The position numbers were made by a program, and so were the translations under genes. Positions 21,023 through 30,493 of a stretch of DNA of 64,000 nucleotides are shown in pieces. The notes under the pieces were generated by a model. The model was not told the origin of the DNA and ran no database searches. It worked only from the letters and a program-made list of their open reading frames with translations. This DNA is from a virus. The stretch's first letter is position 1. Every line of letters begins with the position of its first letter. The DNA lies in IMG/VR virus record IMGVR_UViG_3300013132_000023, positions 73,178 through 137,177 of that record; one strand, given 5' to 3'.

Positions 21023-21805
21023 ATGGCACGAATAAACGGTGATCTTGTTCCCATTGGTAGCGGTCAAGCACACTTAGGTGTGAATGGCGGCCTTGGCGAT
21101 GCTTTTGATATCACTACAGTATTGCCATTTGGTCACGTTCACATGAACTCTGGTGTCTGGCATGACCCCGTAACTGGTCAGTCGGGTGTTCTCAGATACA
21201 GTCAGGCCGCTAGTGCGTTTCAGGTTTCTATTGACGGCGGCAGAACATTTACTAATTTAGCCACGGGTGCCGGTGGGGTTTCGTCGGTTGGCGTTTTGGG
21301 TGGGGCAAACCTCACTGGCGACATTGATCTTGCCTCGCAATCAAGTGGATTCATTGCAATTACCGACAACGGTGGTGCAAGTCCAGTCTTTTTTGCCGTT
21401 GATCATCTTGGTCTTTCTGGTCTTTGGAAATTTCCGGCCCAGGGATTCAACGGAAGTGTTGTTAATTCATTGACTGACTTCAACGGCACAACGTCTCAGG
21501 GTGCTATTAGTGTTGTTGGTGGTTCTGGCATTATTGCAGACATTGTTGGTCAGACATTGACGATTGCTTCAAACGTAAACTTAGCTTCGGTAGCACGCTG
21601 TTATTCTGAAATCATCTCTGTTGCGGTTACAGAGTGGGTTATTACACACAATCTTAATACTACAGCGGTAAGCATTTCTGTGTACGACAACAGTACTCCT
21701 CGTCAAGCGGTTTTTCCTGACAAAATCGAAACAACCAATGCCAATACTGTTACCATTTCTTTCAACGCTAGTCAAGCTGGATTCATTGTTATCATGGGGT
21801 GCTAA
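21023..21805 (+). CDS. Fibre/decoration-like protein, paralog of 19078-19836
   Basis: Shared long blocks (FAVDHLGLSGLW.FPAQGFN); HNLNT domain. Confidence 0.65.
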   Translation: MARINGDLVPIGSGQAHLGVNGGLGDAFDITTVLPFGHVHMNSGVWHDPVTGQSGVLRYSQAASAFQVSIDGGRTFTNLATGAGGVSSVGVLGGANLTGDIDLASQSSGFIAITDNGGASPVFFAVDHLGLSGLWKFPAQGFNGSVVNSLTDFNGTTSQGAISVVGGSGIIADIVGQTLTIASNVNLASVARCYSEIISVAVTEWVITHNLNTTAVSISVYDNSTPRQAVFPDKIETTNANTVTISFNASQAGFIVIMGC

Positions 21806-23584
21806 ATGGCAACACGCGTAGGTGATCTATATCCTTTTTCTAGTGGTACTTCTAGTTTAGGGGTTGAAATGACGAACGGTAGTCCTACTAGGGACATCGT
21901 TCCGTTTAATGCTATACACGTCAATAGCGGCATTTTTCACAACGTTAACGGTGGTTCTGGTGTTCTTCGTTATGGGGCCGTAAACAAGGTCATTGAATAT
22001 TCAAATGACGGTGGTATTACGTTTTCGCCGCTTTCAATTAGCATGCAGGCCGCCTACGATGGTGGTAATGAAATCAGTTCTGATAAAATCGGTGGTATTA
22101 GTCGTGGGGTTGTCTTTAAAGACAGAAGCAGATCATTGTTGTATCCAACATGGTTTGATCTTAGCAATAAAGACTTTGCTATCGCCGTTAGTGGTTTTGC
22201 GTTAGATCAAAACGATCCTAATCGAGCACACTTACTAAGAATTGCGTCAAATGGTATACTTGTACGAGGATCTGGTGTAGATATTTCACAACAAACACCA
22301 TCAGAATTGTTCATGGGATATCTTAATGATGGTCCTGGCGGTATCAATTCTCAAAACAGTGTGCCTATTATTCTAGGTAGTGGTGCTCTTGGTTTATACG
22401 TTATTGCAGTAAATGGACTATCTATGGCAGTGCCTGATGGTCCTTCTGTAATGAATTTTGGTGGTGGTGTAGCGATTGGTGTTGAAGGCAACGTTACGCT
22501 TGATAACGGTGGAGGAGATTTTGTAATTGATATTTCTGCTGGTCAAACACTTACATTAGATTGTGATACTGGTGATGTTACAAGTAGACCATTTCAAAAT
22601 TTTCAGTTTGATGCTTTTAATGGTAGTGGTCGTTTAACTTATCGTTTTGGTCCACACGAAGGATGGGCCTGGAAGCCTAGTTACGCAAGTACCGGAGGTA
22701 CCGCTAATGATGGCTTTTTCCCGATTCCTCACTCGGGACAAATCCAGTCGATGATCAAGCTACAGACTGCATACGAAAACGACAATGCTGTTTTGACAAC
22801 TACGGCTCAAGGTGGTCCACTGTCTATTAATGGCAGTGGTACGGCGGCATTGTTCTTATCTGTAAGTCCTAGCGGTGGTGTACATCTGTCACTTTCTGGC
22901 GTACCGAATTCGCCATCTAGTTTTTCAAATGTCGGCGATTTGTTCCTTGCAAACCACAGTTACAATCTTGGCGACCCGTTCCTCGTCAGTGTAACTCCTG
23001 GTGCGTTGCAAGCGTCTTCACCTGGATTGCCAACACTTTGGCTACATGCCGGTTCTTCTGGTATTGTATCGATCCGAACAGGATCGGGCATTATGCAGTG
23101 TTTTAATACCGTTGCATCACCAAGCGTTTCCGGTGCTGGTTTTTTTGTGAGTATTCCCGTAATTGGTCAAACGAATCCAGATAGATACTACAGACCAGTT
23201 CCAAACAGTAGTGGTATTCGTATTGATGTTGAAGGTTTATATCGTATTACCTATACTGTTAGTCTTTTGAAGACAATTGGTACGAGTGGTCAACAGTGTA
23301 ATACTGAACTTCGTTTGTTTGACTTGGTACGTGATCAATATCGCATTCTTGGTAGTCAGTCATACGCTCAAGTGTTTGATGCTGACTCTTTAAATCGCAA
23401 TACAGCAAACGGTCAGGCTGTTCTTGATCTTAATGCAAATGAAATTGTTGGATTGTTTGTTCAAGCATCTGTTGACCCAACTCCTAACGATGCATTTATT
23501 ATTCCATCTAGAGCTGCTAATATAATTTTTGAATACCTTGGTCCTATGCGTGGTAACACATCTACGAGAGACTTAATCACATGA
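21806..23584 (+). CDS. Tail fibre / receptor-binding-like protein
   Basis: Shared N-domain; xQxAY repeats; C-terminal C1q/BclA-like pattern GLYRITYTVS...LDLNANEIV. Confidence 0.6.
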   Translation: MATRVGDLYPFSSGTSSLGVEMTNGSPTRDIVPFNAIHVNSGIFHNVNGGSGVLRYGAVNKVIEYSNDGGITFSPLSISMQAAYDGGNEISSDKIGGISRGVVFKDRSRSLLYPTWFDLSNKDFAIAVSGFALDQNDPNRAHLLRIASNGILVRGSGVDISQQTPSELFMGYLNDGPGGINSQNSVPIILGSGALGLYVIAVNGLSMAVPDGPSVMNFGGGVAIGVEGNVTLDNGGGDFVIDISAGQTLTLDCDTGDVTSRPFQNFQFDAFNGSGRLTYRFGPHEGWAWKPSYASTGGTANDGFFPIPHSGQIQSMIKLQTAYENDNAVLTTTAQGGPLSINGSGTAALFLSVSPSGGVHLSLSGVPNSPSSFSNVGDLFLANHSYNLGDPFLVSVTPGALQASSPGLPTLWLHAGSSGIVSIRTGSGIMQCFNTVASPSVSGAGFFVSIPVIGQTNPDRYYRPVPNSSGIRIDVEGLYRITYTVSLLKTIGTSGQQCNTELRLFDLVRDQYRILGSQSYAQVFDADSLNRNTANGQAVLDLNANEIVGLFVQASVDPTPNDAFIIPSRAANIIFEYLGPMRGNTSTRDLIT

Positions 23585-23910
23585 TGTTAATACTCCAAGC
23601 TGTTTCTGAAACCGCAACTCAGAACTTCGTGCAGCAGCTTTTTGAGCAGTACGGAGTTATGGGGCTCGTGTTTGGTGTTCTGTTATTCTTGATCATGCGT
23701 CAAAATAAGTCTTCGCAAAAGAGAATTGAAGACTTAGAAAACGCCCAACAGAGCCAGCACATGGCCCATATTGAAACGCAAAAGCAAATGATTGCTGATT
23801 ACGTAGAGCTAGTAAGAAACAAAACGCGAGTCCTGGCGGATCTCACGAATTGCTTGAATGCAATCAAAGATACTCTAGAACGTCTAGAGCGTAAGCATGA
23901 AAAAGACTAA
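23581..23910 (+). CDS. Holin-like membrane protein
   Basis: One TM helix (YGVMGLVFGVLLFLIM) plus coiled coil at the end of the structural operon. Confidence 0.45.
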   Translation: MMLILQAVSETATQNFVQQLFEQYGVMGLVFGVLLFLIMRQNKSSQKRIEDLENAQQSQHMAHIETQKQMIADYVELVRNKTRVLADLTNCLNAIKDTLERLERKHEKD

Positions 23911-24155
23911 ATGATCTCTGGCGTGGGACCACCACGCTGAGTCTGCTTTGTTTTGCGGGCTTGATCTGCTGCCATAGACGCAGCGGGCGTCATGATCGCT
24001 GCACCAAACGGCTTTCTTTCAGGACGTTGAAAAAAGGCCAAGAGTTCTGCTCGAATCTCTGAACGAACCTCGGACGGTACATTGTACTGTTCAAGACGTT
24101 CACGCAGGATGCGGTCAACGGTGGTCGAAATGTCGGTGCTCTTATCTGTTGCCAT
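23907..24155 (-). CDS. Hypothetical protein
   Basis: ORF with GGAG RBS at strand convergence. Confidence 0.55.
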   Translation of the reverse strand: MATDKSTDISTTVDRILRERLEQYNVPSEVRSEIRAELLAFFQRPERKPFGAAIMTPAASMAADQARKTKQTQRGGPTPEII

Positions 24156-24660
24156 TGTTGTCTCCAAACCAGTGGTCGCGGAATCTTTGTAGACGGCTCT
24201 TTTTGGCGACCACTTGAGCCGTCTGCCTTTGTTCTGCTTGTCGTTCTATGATTTGTTCTAGCGTACGATGATCAATTGATCGCAACATACTGCCATGTGT
24301 TTCTTGCAAGGCTTGACGTACGTCCGTGGCTGATTTTTTGCGGAAGAAAATTACAGCCTTAATACGCGGAATGATGTTTCGTTTTAAGATCTCAAGCCAC
24401 TTAGCGTTGATTTCGTCTAACGGCGAAATGTTGCCGTTGATTTCGTCAATGATTCGAGTTGCACCATATACCATTACTTCTTCTTGAATGTTTGCCTCTA
24501 TGATTTCCTCAAGAGCCAAATAGAGTATTTTGTACTCGTGGTGCAAAGGCAAGAAAACGCGATTTCCACTAACATTTAGAGCCGGGAAGCAGCTTCGAGA
24601 TATCTCGATACCCTCCCCGGCTACATAATAACCGTCTTCCGAGAAGAAGACCCTAATCAT
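24142..24660 (-). CDS. RNase HI-fold-like protein, catalytic acids apparently lost
   Basis: EYKILYLALE..I...VMVYGATRIIDEING resembles RNase HI EY.AL..GL...V.V.GDS.LV..Q.NG. Confidence 0.45.
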   Translation of the reverse strand: MIRVFFSEDGYYVAGEGIEISRSCFPALNVSGNRVFLPLHHEYKILYLALEEIIEANIQEEVMVYGATRIIDEINGNISPLDEINAKWLEILKRNIIPRIKAVIFFRKKSATDVRQALQETHGSMLRSIDHRTLEQIIERQAEQRQTAQVVAKKSRLQRFRDHWFGDNNGNR

Positions 24661-25199
24661 AGAAGCTTGCCGTTGTATTGAGCTTCTAGTCGCTGAGCTT
24701 CTTCGACCTCTTCAACAGTAACAACTGCTGTCGAGCGTAGTGCTTGTGCTACAATGGTTAGAATGTCCTTGGTACGTGGCGACCATGCAACAAGTCCGGT
24801 TGTGGGATCAAGCCAGTCTAAAGCACCACGACTAATGAGTTCTTGCTCAACGATCACAAGCAGAAGTTCAATTTCGTCATTGGTAAGACCAGACTTTTCA
24901 AGAGCGTCTTTGATAAAAGACTTGCCGCCTGGAACTACACTTTGATCACGTAGTGTTTCGAGAACAGTTGCCGTTAATTCAACTTCCTCTGCCGACACGG
25001 CTCCTTCGTCAATCAGTCTATTGGCTCCGATCTTAACGCCAAGCTGGAGGTACAACTTCCACTTGTTAAAATCAAGATCTGACATTTGCTCTATCGCTTG
25101 AATGCCATTACCACCACCAGTACTTACGCATCCAACGAGCGAGGCACTGCCTAGTGCAACAATTAAAACCAACGGTGCAATTAATTTGTTAACAAACAT
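24657..25199 (-). CDS. Putative lipoprotein
   Basis: Signal peptide with lipobox LVGC. Confidence 0.6.
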   Translation of the reverse strand: MFVNKLIAPLVLIVALGSASLVGCVSTGGGNGIQAIEQMSDLDFNKWKLYLQLGVKIGANRLIDEGAVSAEEVELTATVLETLRDQSVVPGGKSFIKDALEKSGLTNDEIELLLVIVEQELISRGALDWLDPTTGLVAWSPRTKDILTIVAQALRSTAVVTVEEVEEAQRLEAQYNGKLL

Positions 25200-25209
25200 T
25201 TCATGTCTC

Positions 25210-25773
25210 CTATTGAGTTATTTCCCGAACACGCACGTCGGGATCTGCTATCTTACCTGCCATAAATGATTTTCTTTCTTCTGCCGTCATTTCTGGAACG
25301 CGTGTTCGGCAATCATTACACAGTCTGTAAATCGAACGCTTACCTCCCTTGAGTGTCGTTTGAATGCGGCCTTTGTTTAGGTGCCGACATCCATTAGTAC
25401 TCTTGGGTGCTCCTAATGGCTCTGCCAATATTTCTTCTTCTGGCTCTTGTCTTTGTTCGTCACTTATGACGCCAGCTTCTTTTAGTTCGGCTCGCTTGTC
25501 AGCAACGAATGACGCGTCATCTGCTTCTAGGTCTCCAAGTGTTCGAGGCTTATTGCTTTCTACTTCTCTTGAAAACGTAGTAGTACCAAATGACCAATCA
25601 GCCGATAGTTTTGGACCGCCAACAAGTTGTTGTTCAAGTTTGTTGGCGGCATCAGCCGATAGTTCGTAGGTGCGGCCCTTTTTGCCATTGCGTGTAATAG
25701 TAATCTTGACGGTTTCGTCAGGATCATATTCAAGCTTAGTTAGGTCACACTCTTGAATTACTCTCTTGCCCAT
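25210..25773 (-). CDS. Hypothetical protein
   Basis: 187-aa ORF with CRH...CNDC. Confidence 0.65.
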   Translation of the reverse strand: MGKRVIQECDLTKLEYDPDETVKITITRNGKKGRTYELSADAANKLEQQLVGGPKLSADWSFGTTTFSREVESNKPRTLGDLEADDASFVADKRAELKEAGVISDEQRQEPEEEILAEPLGAPKSTNGCRHLNKGRIQTTLKGGKRSIYRLCNDCRTRVPEMTAEERKSFMAGKIADPDVRVREITQ

Positions 25774-26438
25774 TTGTCGTATTCCTTATACGCTTGAATT
25801 ACGTCTCGCACGAATTGACTTCTTTGAATGGTTTCAACGTTGTTCATTTCAATGATACCAACGTTGGGAACGTTAGTTAATACGTTCATGGCTTGTACTA
25901 AAGCACTGTCTCTTGGGTCAATGTCACATTGATCCATGTCGCCAGCAATTACCATTTTACAGCATTTGCCAACACGAGTTAGAATCATCTTCATTGCATC
26001 GCCATCTAGAGGAACGTTTTGAGCTTCTTCTACAATGACGAAACAATTGTTGAACGATCTACCACGGCACATGCTTAAAACTGTGAACTCAATACTTTGA
26101 TCGATGATCTGTTGAATGTCTTGTTCGTTCAAACCAAGTTCACGCAGATTATCAACGATTGATAAAACGTATGGTGCAACTTTTTCACTCAGTGACCCAG
26201 GCAAAAAGCCAAGTTTTTCTCCTGTATTTGATTGCATATATGGTCGAATAATGACAATTCGCTGAATGCCACCACGCTTAGGAGAGCGTCTAAGCATATC
26301 AACTGCTTCTCCAAGAGCCAGAAATGTCTTACCTGTACCAGCTAGACCGGCACATATTGTAACAACATTCTGTCTAATTGACGCTACGTATTCTTCTTGT
26401 CCGGGTTTAACTTGAGGTTGAATGAAGTTTGTAATCAC
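25758..26438 (-). CDS. phoH: PhoH family ATPase
   Basis: GLAGTGKTFLA, LGFLPG, RGRSF, EEAQN, LTRVG, GDMDQCD; GTG start after AGGGAG. Confidence 0.93.
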   Translation of the reverse strand: MITNFIQPQVKPGQEEYVASIRQNVVTICAGLAGTGKTFLALGEAVDMLRRSPKRGGIQRIVIIRPYMQSNTGEKLGFLPGSLSEKVAPYVLSIVDNLRELGLNEQDIQQIIDQSIEFTVLSMCRGRSFNNCFVIVEEAQNVPLDGDAMKMILTRVGKCCKMVIAGDMDQCDIDPRDSALVQAMNVLTNVPNVGIIEMNNVETIQRSQFVRDVIQAYKEYDKWARE

Positions 26439-26439
26439 G

Positions 26440-27081
26440 TTACTCCCTATTTGCTCGTCTTGCAGCCCGAGCACGCTTGTTTTTTGCACGTCTATGTGCA
26501 ATAACCTTCTGACGATGGGGGGTGATCTTCATGCCAAACGAAGTGCGACTAGGCTGTTTGGCAGCTCTCTCTTCCATGTGTTCTGTGATTAGCTTACCAT
26601 TTAGGTGATCCATTTCGTGCATAACCGCACGAGCCCAGAATCCCGTAAAGATTTCGCGTTGCAAATCGCCATTGATATCCATGTATTCAAGCAACAGCTT
26701 TTTTGGACGTTCAAATTGACCTACAAAATGAGGCAACGATAAACACGCTTCTGCGTCAAGCTTGGTCTCTTTACTGCGAGACACTACTACCGGATTGATG
26801 TACGCAGTATTAAACGCTTCGCCGTTTTCATTTTTGCCATTACGAAGCAAGAAAATACGACGTGGATAGCCAACCTGGATTGCCGCTAAACCGGCAGCTT
26901 GATCGTTCAAATGATCAAGTATGGCATCCATTAAAGCAATCGCCTGTTCGTCTTCTGCCGACAGTGGCAACGAACACGGCTGAGACGGCATTTCAAGTAG
27001 TGGCCAACGCTCCGGGTCTCCCGGTGTAATGATAGGATTCTGTACTGCCTGCGTTTCGGACTTCACTTCTTCGTTTGTCAT
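26440..27081 (-). CDS. def: Peptide deformylase
   Basis: AGLAAIQVG, EACLS, HEMDHLNG. Confidence 0.93.
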   Translation of the reverse strand: MTNEEVKSETQAVQNPIITPGDPERWPLLEMPSQPCSLPLSAEDEQAIALMDAILDHLNDQAAGLAAIQVGYPRRIFLLRNGKNENGEAFNTAYINPVVVSRSKETKLDAEACLSLPHFVGQFERPKKLLLEYMDINGDLQREIFTGFWARAVMHEMDHLNGKLITEHMEERAAKQPSRTSFGMKITPHRQKVIAHRRAKNKRARAARRANRE

Positions 27082-27848
27082 GATAGTAGTTCGTATCCAG
27101 TTTTGGTCACAAGAAGACATCTTTCTGTGTGGGCCGCCAAAAGACCATCGCTTTTACGCACAGTCCACGAGTCTTCGTCAAGAATTATATCACTTGATCC
27201 ATAAGTTGTCACTGGTTCAATGCAAATTGTTTGCCCTTCTTTTAAGCACAAACGAGCATACTTCTTACGTTCTAATGCCTGCTTGATTTGGCTTTGATTT
27301 CTATTAATGCCGCTTGGAATAAAAGGATCAATGTGAATGCGTTCGCCAATTCTGTGTCCACCCCATTGACTCATGATGGTTATACCATATTGATCAGCCA
27401 CCTTTTCAGATACTTCGACCAACTCTAGGAAAGTACACTCATCTTTGATTACAGATAGCTGAGCATTCAATATTGCGTCTGTGGCTTCTATTAGATACTC
27501 TGCCTTTTGGTTTGTTCCAATAACACGCGACCGGGCTGAATCTACGAACCACCCATTATATTCAGTTCCAGTGTCAATAGTTAATAGGTCACCGTCCTTT
27601 ATGATGTAATCCCCTGGAACGCCATGAACAACTACATCGTTGGGACTAATACAGGCCGCTGCTGGAAACGGCTTCTCTGAACCCAGAGGTTGATAGTTTT
27701 TAAACGCTGGACGACAACGATTTTCTACAATGAAACGCTCAATTGCTTCATTGACGGCACGTAAGGTTGCACCAGGAACAGCAGCTTTAAAACCATGTTC
27801 AATAGCTCCACGGTTTACGAACCCCGCATAACGCATGTTCTCTATCAT
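27078..27848 (-). CDS. map: Methionine aminopeptidase type I
   Basis: CISPNDVVVHGVP, IDTG, DSARS, GHRIG..IH, CIEP, AAHTE. Confidence 0.92.
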   Translation of the reverse strand: MIENMRYAGFVNRGAIEHGFKAAVPGATLRAVNEAIERFIVENRCRPAFKNYQPLGSEKPFPAAACISPNDVVVHGVPGDYIIKDGDLLTIDTGTEYNGWFVDSARSRVIGTNQKAEYLIEATDAILNAQLSVIKDECTFLELVEVSEKVADQYGITIMSQWGGHRIGERIHIDPFIPSGINRNQSQIKQALERKKYARLCLKEGQTICIEPVTTYGSSDIILDEDSWTVRKSDGLLAAHTERCLLVTKTGYELLS

Positions 27849-28447
27849 ATTGTAACTCTACGATTCTTTTCAAGCCAATCTTTAACCAAATTCCAATGCG
27901 GTAATGTAGTGTGATATGCACGCTCTGGAGAACGTAAGTGATAGCTCGGATGATAGGTCACTAGTACTTTTGCAACGTGTCCATGAAAGCCATAGTTCAA
28001 CCATTCGCCTTTTATGTTTTCTGGAAAGTACTTACTAAGGGCTCCCTTGATAGGTTCTCCCATGAACTGATGCATGGCGACGCGACCCAAGACAATAATG
28101 AGTTGTGGCTTTAACAGACTGATCTGTAAATCGAGTCGCCACTTGCATGCATTGAGTTCTTCGCCACGAGGATCTCGATTGTTTGGAGTACGACACAATA
28201 CGGCATTTGTAATGTACACGTCTTCTCTGGTGACACCGACGTACTTGAGAATCTTGTCAAGCTTTTCCCCAGCTTTGCTGACAAAAGGAACGCCCTGGGC
28301 GTCTTCTTCGTCAGTTGGGGCTTCGCCAATGATCATGATTTGAGGCTGGGTGCTTCCGGATCCAAATACTATCTGTGTACGAGTGTGACACAAGTCACAC
28401 GAGCCACAGTTTTTCATTTGTTCGCGTAAAACGTCAAGCTGTTCCAT
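27845..28447 (-). CDS. Uracil-DNA glycosylase family 4
   Basis: C..C.LC, GEAP..EED..G.PFV, TNAVLCR, TYHPSY. Confidence 0.9.
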   Translation of the reverse strand: MEQLDVLREQMKNCGSCDLCHTRTQIVFGSGSTQPQIMIIGEAPTDEEDAQGVPFVSKAGEKLDKILKYVGVTREDVYITNAVLCRTPNNRDPRGEELNACKWRLDLQISLLKPQLIIVLGRVAMHQFMGEPIKGALSKYFPENIKGEWLNYGFHGHVAKVLVTYHPSYHLRSPERAYHTTLPHWNLVKDWLEKNRRVTI

Positions 28448-28449
28448 GT

Positions 28450-29391
28450 TTACAGGTGTCCAATAAACAGTTCACTTGTCCAATTTCCTCTTTGCTTTCG
28501 TTGTAGCGACGCACCGCAAAGATCTAGGGTATTGGCCATGTCGTCAGCGTACGATACAATTTTACCCTCTAGAGTATGGATTTTCTCCAGGGGATTGCAC
28601 ATATTCTCTAGTGCTTGGCGTTTAGCCAATGGAATGGTTATTTGTAGATCTTTTTCGCATTCAATCATCAAACGATCTATGTACTTGACGCTTGCACCCT
28701 GAATGCCGGTCATGAGATACACGTCACGAGTACGCAACTCGTTGTCACGAAATTCGGTAGCTTCTACCCAGCCAACGTTACGTAGCAAGCATCCAGCAAT
28801 AACTAATGATGACGAAAAGGGAACCTCAAGTTCCGTAGCTTGCTTGTTGGCAATCTTGCAGAACCGCAACGCATGAACAACGTGTACTAGTAGTCCCCCG
28901 TGGTAAGTCATTGGACCAACCAAACCATACGGAGAACTCTTTAAAGCACTTAGTAGATTTAGTTTATGTATAGCACTACATACAACATCGCGATATACCG
29001 GATCTTCAATGTCTAGTACTGATTCTTCTGCTTCGCTGGCGTAATGAACCAATAGACTTTCACTGACGCCTTTAATGTAATCGTGCTTATTGATTGGCGT
29101 TTCGTTAAGCGGTCTAATGTCGTACGCCTGGGCGTGAAACTCCATGTTTCCTCGATACAGCTTTGTGTCGAGACGAATAATTGCATACTGTCCTTCGGAC
29201 AAGTTGTCGGCGTAGCCCCAAATTACGCCTTGAATGTCACCAGTTACGTCACGAAGCGTAACAAGGGCGAACGTCTTGCCGTTTCCTGTCTTCATGCGAT
29301 CATTGTGATTGATCGCTGCAATCAAAAACGTTTGCTCGTACGTTTGACCAGCTTCTAACGTTTTAATCGGCGTGTATGTTTCAACGGTCAT
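28450..29391 (-). CDS. YhaM/Cbf1-like OB + HD protein (HD motif degenerate)
   Basis: L.D.TG.I....W OB fold; YHGGLLVH; LLRNVG in place of LLHDIG; IVSYADD. Confidence 0.75.
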   Translation of the reverse strand: MTVETYTPIKTLEAGQTYEQTFLIAAINHNDRMKTGNGKTFALVTLRDVTGDIQGVIWGYADNLSEGQYAIIRLDTKLYRGNMEFHAQAYDIRPLNETPINKHDYIKGVSESLLVHYASEAEESVLDIEDPVYRDVVCSAIHKLNLLSALKSSPYGLVGPMTYHGGLLVHVVHALRFCKIANKQATELEVPFSSSLVIAGCLLRNVGWVEATEFRDNELRTRDVYLMTGIQGASVKYIDRLMIECEKDLQITIPLAKRQALENMCNPLEKIHTLEGKIVSYADDMANTLDLCGASLQRKQRGNWTSELFIGHL

Positions 29392-29593
29392 AACGCTTTC
29401 TTTGTCCACCTGTAGTACGATTCTCTTGTTGTTTGCACGAAGTGCAAGATGCTACCTTACGAACAACAATAGTAACTTCGTCTGGCAACTCATGTTCGTC
29501 TCCTGGAAGAAGAGTTACTCTTTGGCTTCCGCCAAAATAACTTCCGCCGCAACGACGACATTCAATCAACACGACTGTCTTAGGCGTTTTCAT
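29381..29593 (-). CDS. Small Zn-ribbon protein
   Basis: CRRC and CTSC. Confidence 0.55.
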   Translation of the reverse strand: MKTPKTVVLIECRRCGGSYFGGSQRVTLLPGDEHELPDEVTIVVRKVASCTSCKQQENRTTGGQRKRYDR

Positions 29594-30092
29594 GATTCAA
29601 ACGAAGAGTCAACAAGTTTAGTAGCTTTTTTATTCTGATAGCAACAGTGCCGTGTGATATTTTTTGTTCACTAGCAATCTGCCTCAAAGACTTGCCACGT
29701 ACAAAGTGTTCGACCAACAAGTGAGCGTGCTTTTGATCAGACGTATGTTTCATAATGACTTCCATTATGTCTCGATCTTCGCCCGTGTCGCCTTTATAGC
29801 AGATATCTAAAAGCTTTGATTCGTCTTCTAATTGACTTAGACTTCTCTTGGTACGTCTAGCAATGTAACGCATCAAGTGTCCACGAATGTAATGATATGC
29901 AAAAGTAACAATCGAAGCCTTACTTGGATCGTATCTTTCGCATGCGAGCAATAAAGCAATCCAGGCTTCTTGCTGCAAATCCTGTGGAGCAATGAGGGCG
30001 TCTTTTCTGCAAAACTTGTACATTGGCTTGAGGATGCTAATGATCAGTGCATCCCACTCGTTTTTTTTCAAACTATCAATCGGTTTGTTCAT
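29580..30092 (-). CDS. Sigma70-family phage sigma factor
   Basis: DLQQEAWIALL.A.ERYDPSK....TFAY..IRG (region 2); KSLRQIA...ISHGTV (region 4). Confidence 0.85.
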   Translation of the reverse strand: MNKPIDSLKKNEWDALIISILKPMYKFCRKDALIAPQDLQQEAWIALLLACERYDPSKASIVTFAYHYIRGHLMRYIARRTKRSLSQLEDESKLLDICYKGDTGEDRDIMEVIMKHTSDQKHAHLLVEHFVRGKSLRQIASEQKISHGTVAIRIKKLLNLLTLRLNHENA

Positions 30093-30468
30093 GTGCTTTG
30101 ATTTGTGCAATTAGCATTTCAATGTAAAGATTCTTCTCGTCGGCATTTAGAGCACCCCAATTTAGGACAATACTAGAATGCCCACCATCTGGAATTTCAT
30201 CGCCGCCACTAGTGCGTTGCTTATGACGATACAGTACGCGTCCTTCTTTGTCTTGTACTATTAGCGTAGTGACATGTAGTTTCTTGTCTTCCGCAAGAGA
30301 CCAGAAGAATGTCATGAAGTCTTTAAACTTGACGACTGCCTTTTTGGCTTTGCCGCTTGTCAGAATAAGCACAAATATGATGTCTGTTTGTTCGCTAATA
30401 CCACTATGCTGAACAAGATCTTGATATGCGACACGGAGTTTTTCCCAATCTACATTTAAGGACATCAC
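30076..30468 (-). CDS. Hypothetical protein
   Basis: AGGAGG RBS. Confidence 0.65.
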   Translation of the reverse strand: MMSLNVDWEKLRVAYQDLVQHSGISEQTDIIFVLILTSGKAKKAVVKFKDFMTFFWSLAEDKKLHVTTLIVQDKEGRVLYRHKQRTSGGDEIPDGGHSSIVLNWGALNADEKNLYIEMLIAQIKAHEQTD

Positions 30469-30493
30469 GGTAACCTCCTGCTTGGGAATTACA

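Noticed and set aside
19078-21805. Diversity-generating retroelement TR/VR pair
   Set aside because: Both copies are full genes, differences are not adenine-specific, and no reverse transcriptase is present.
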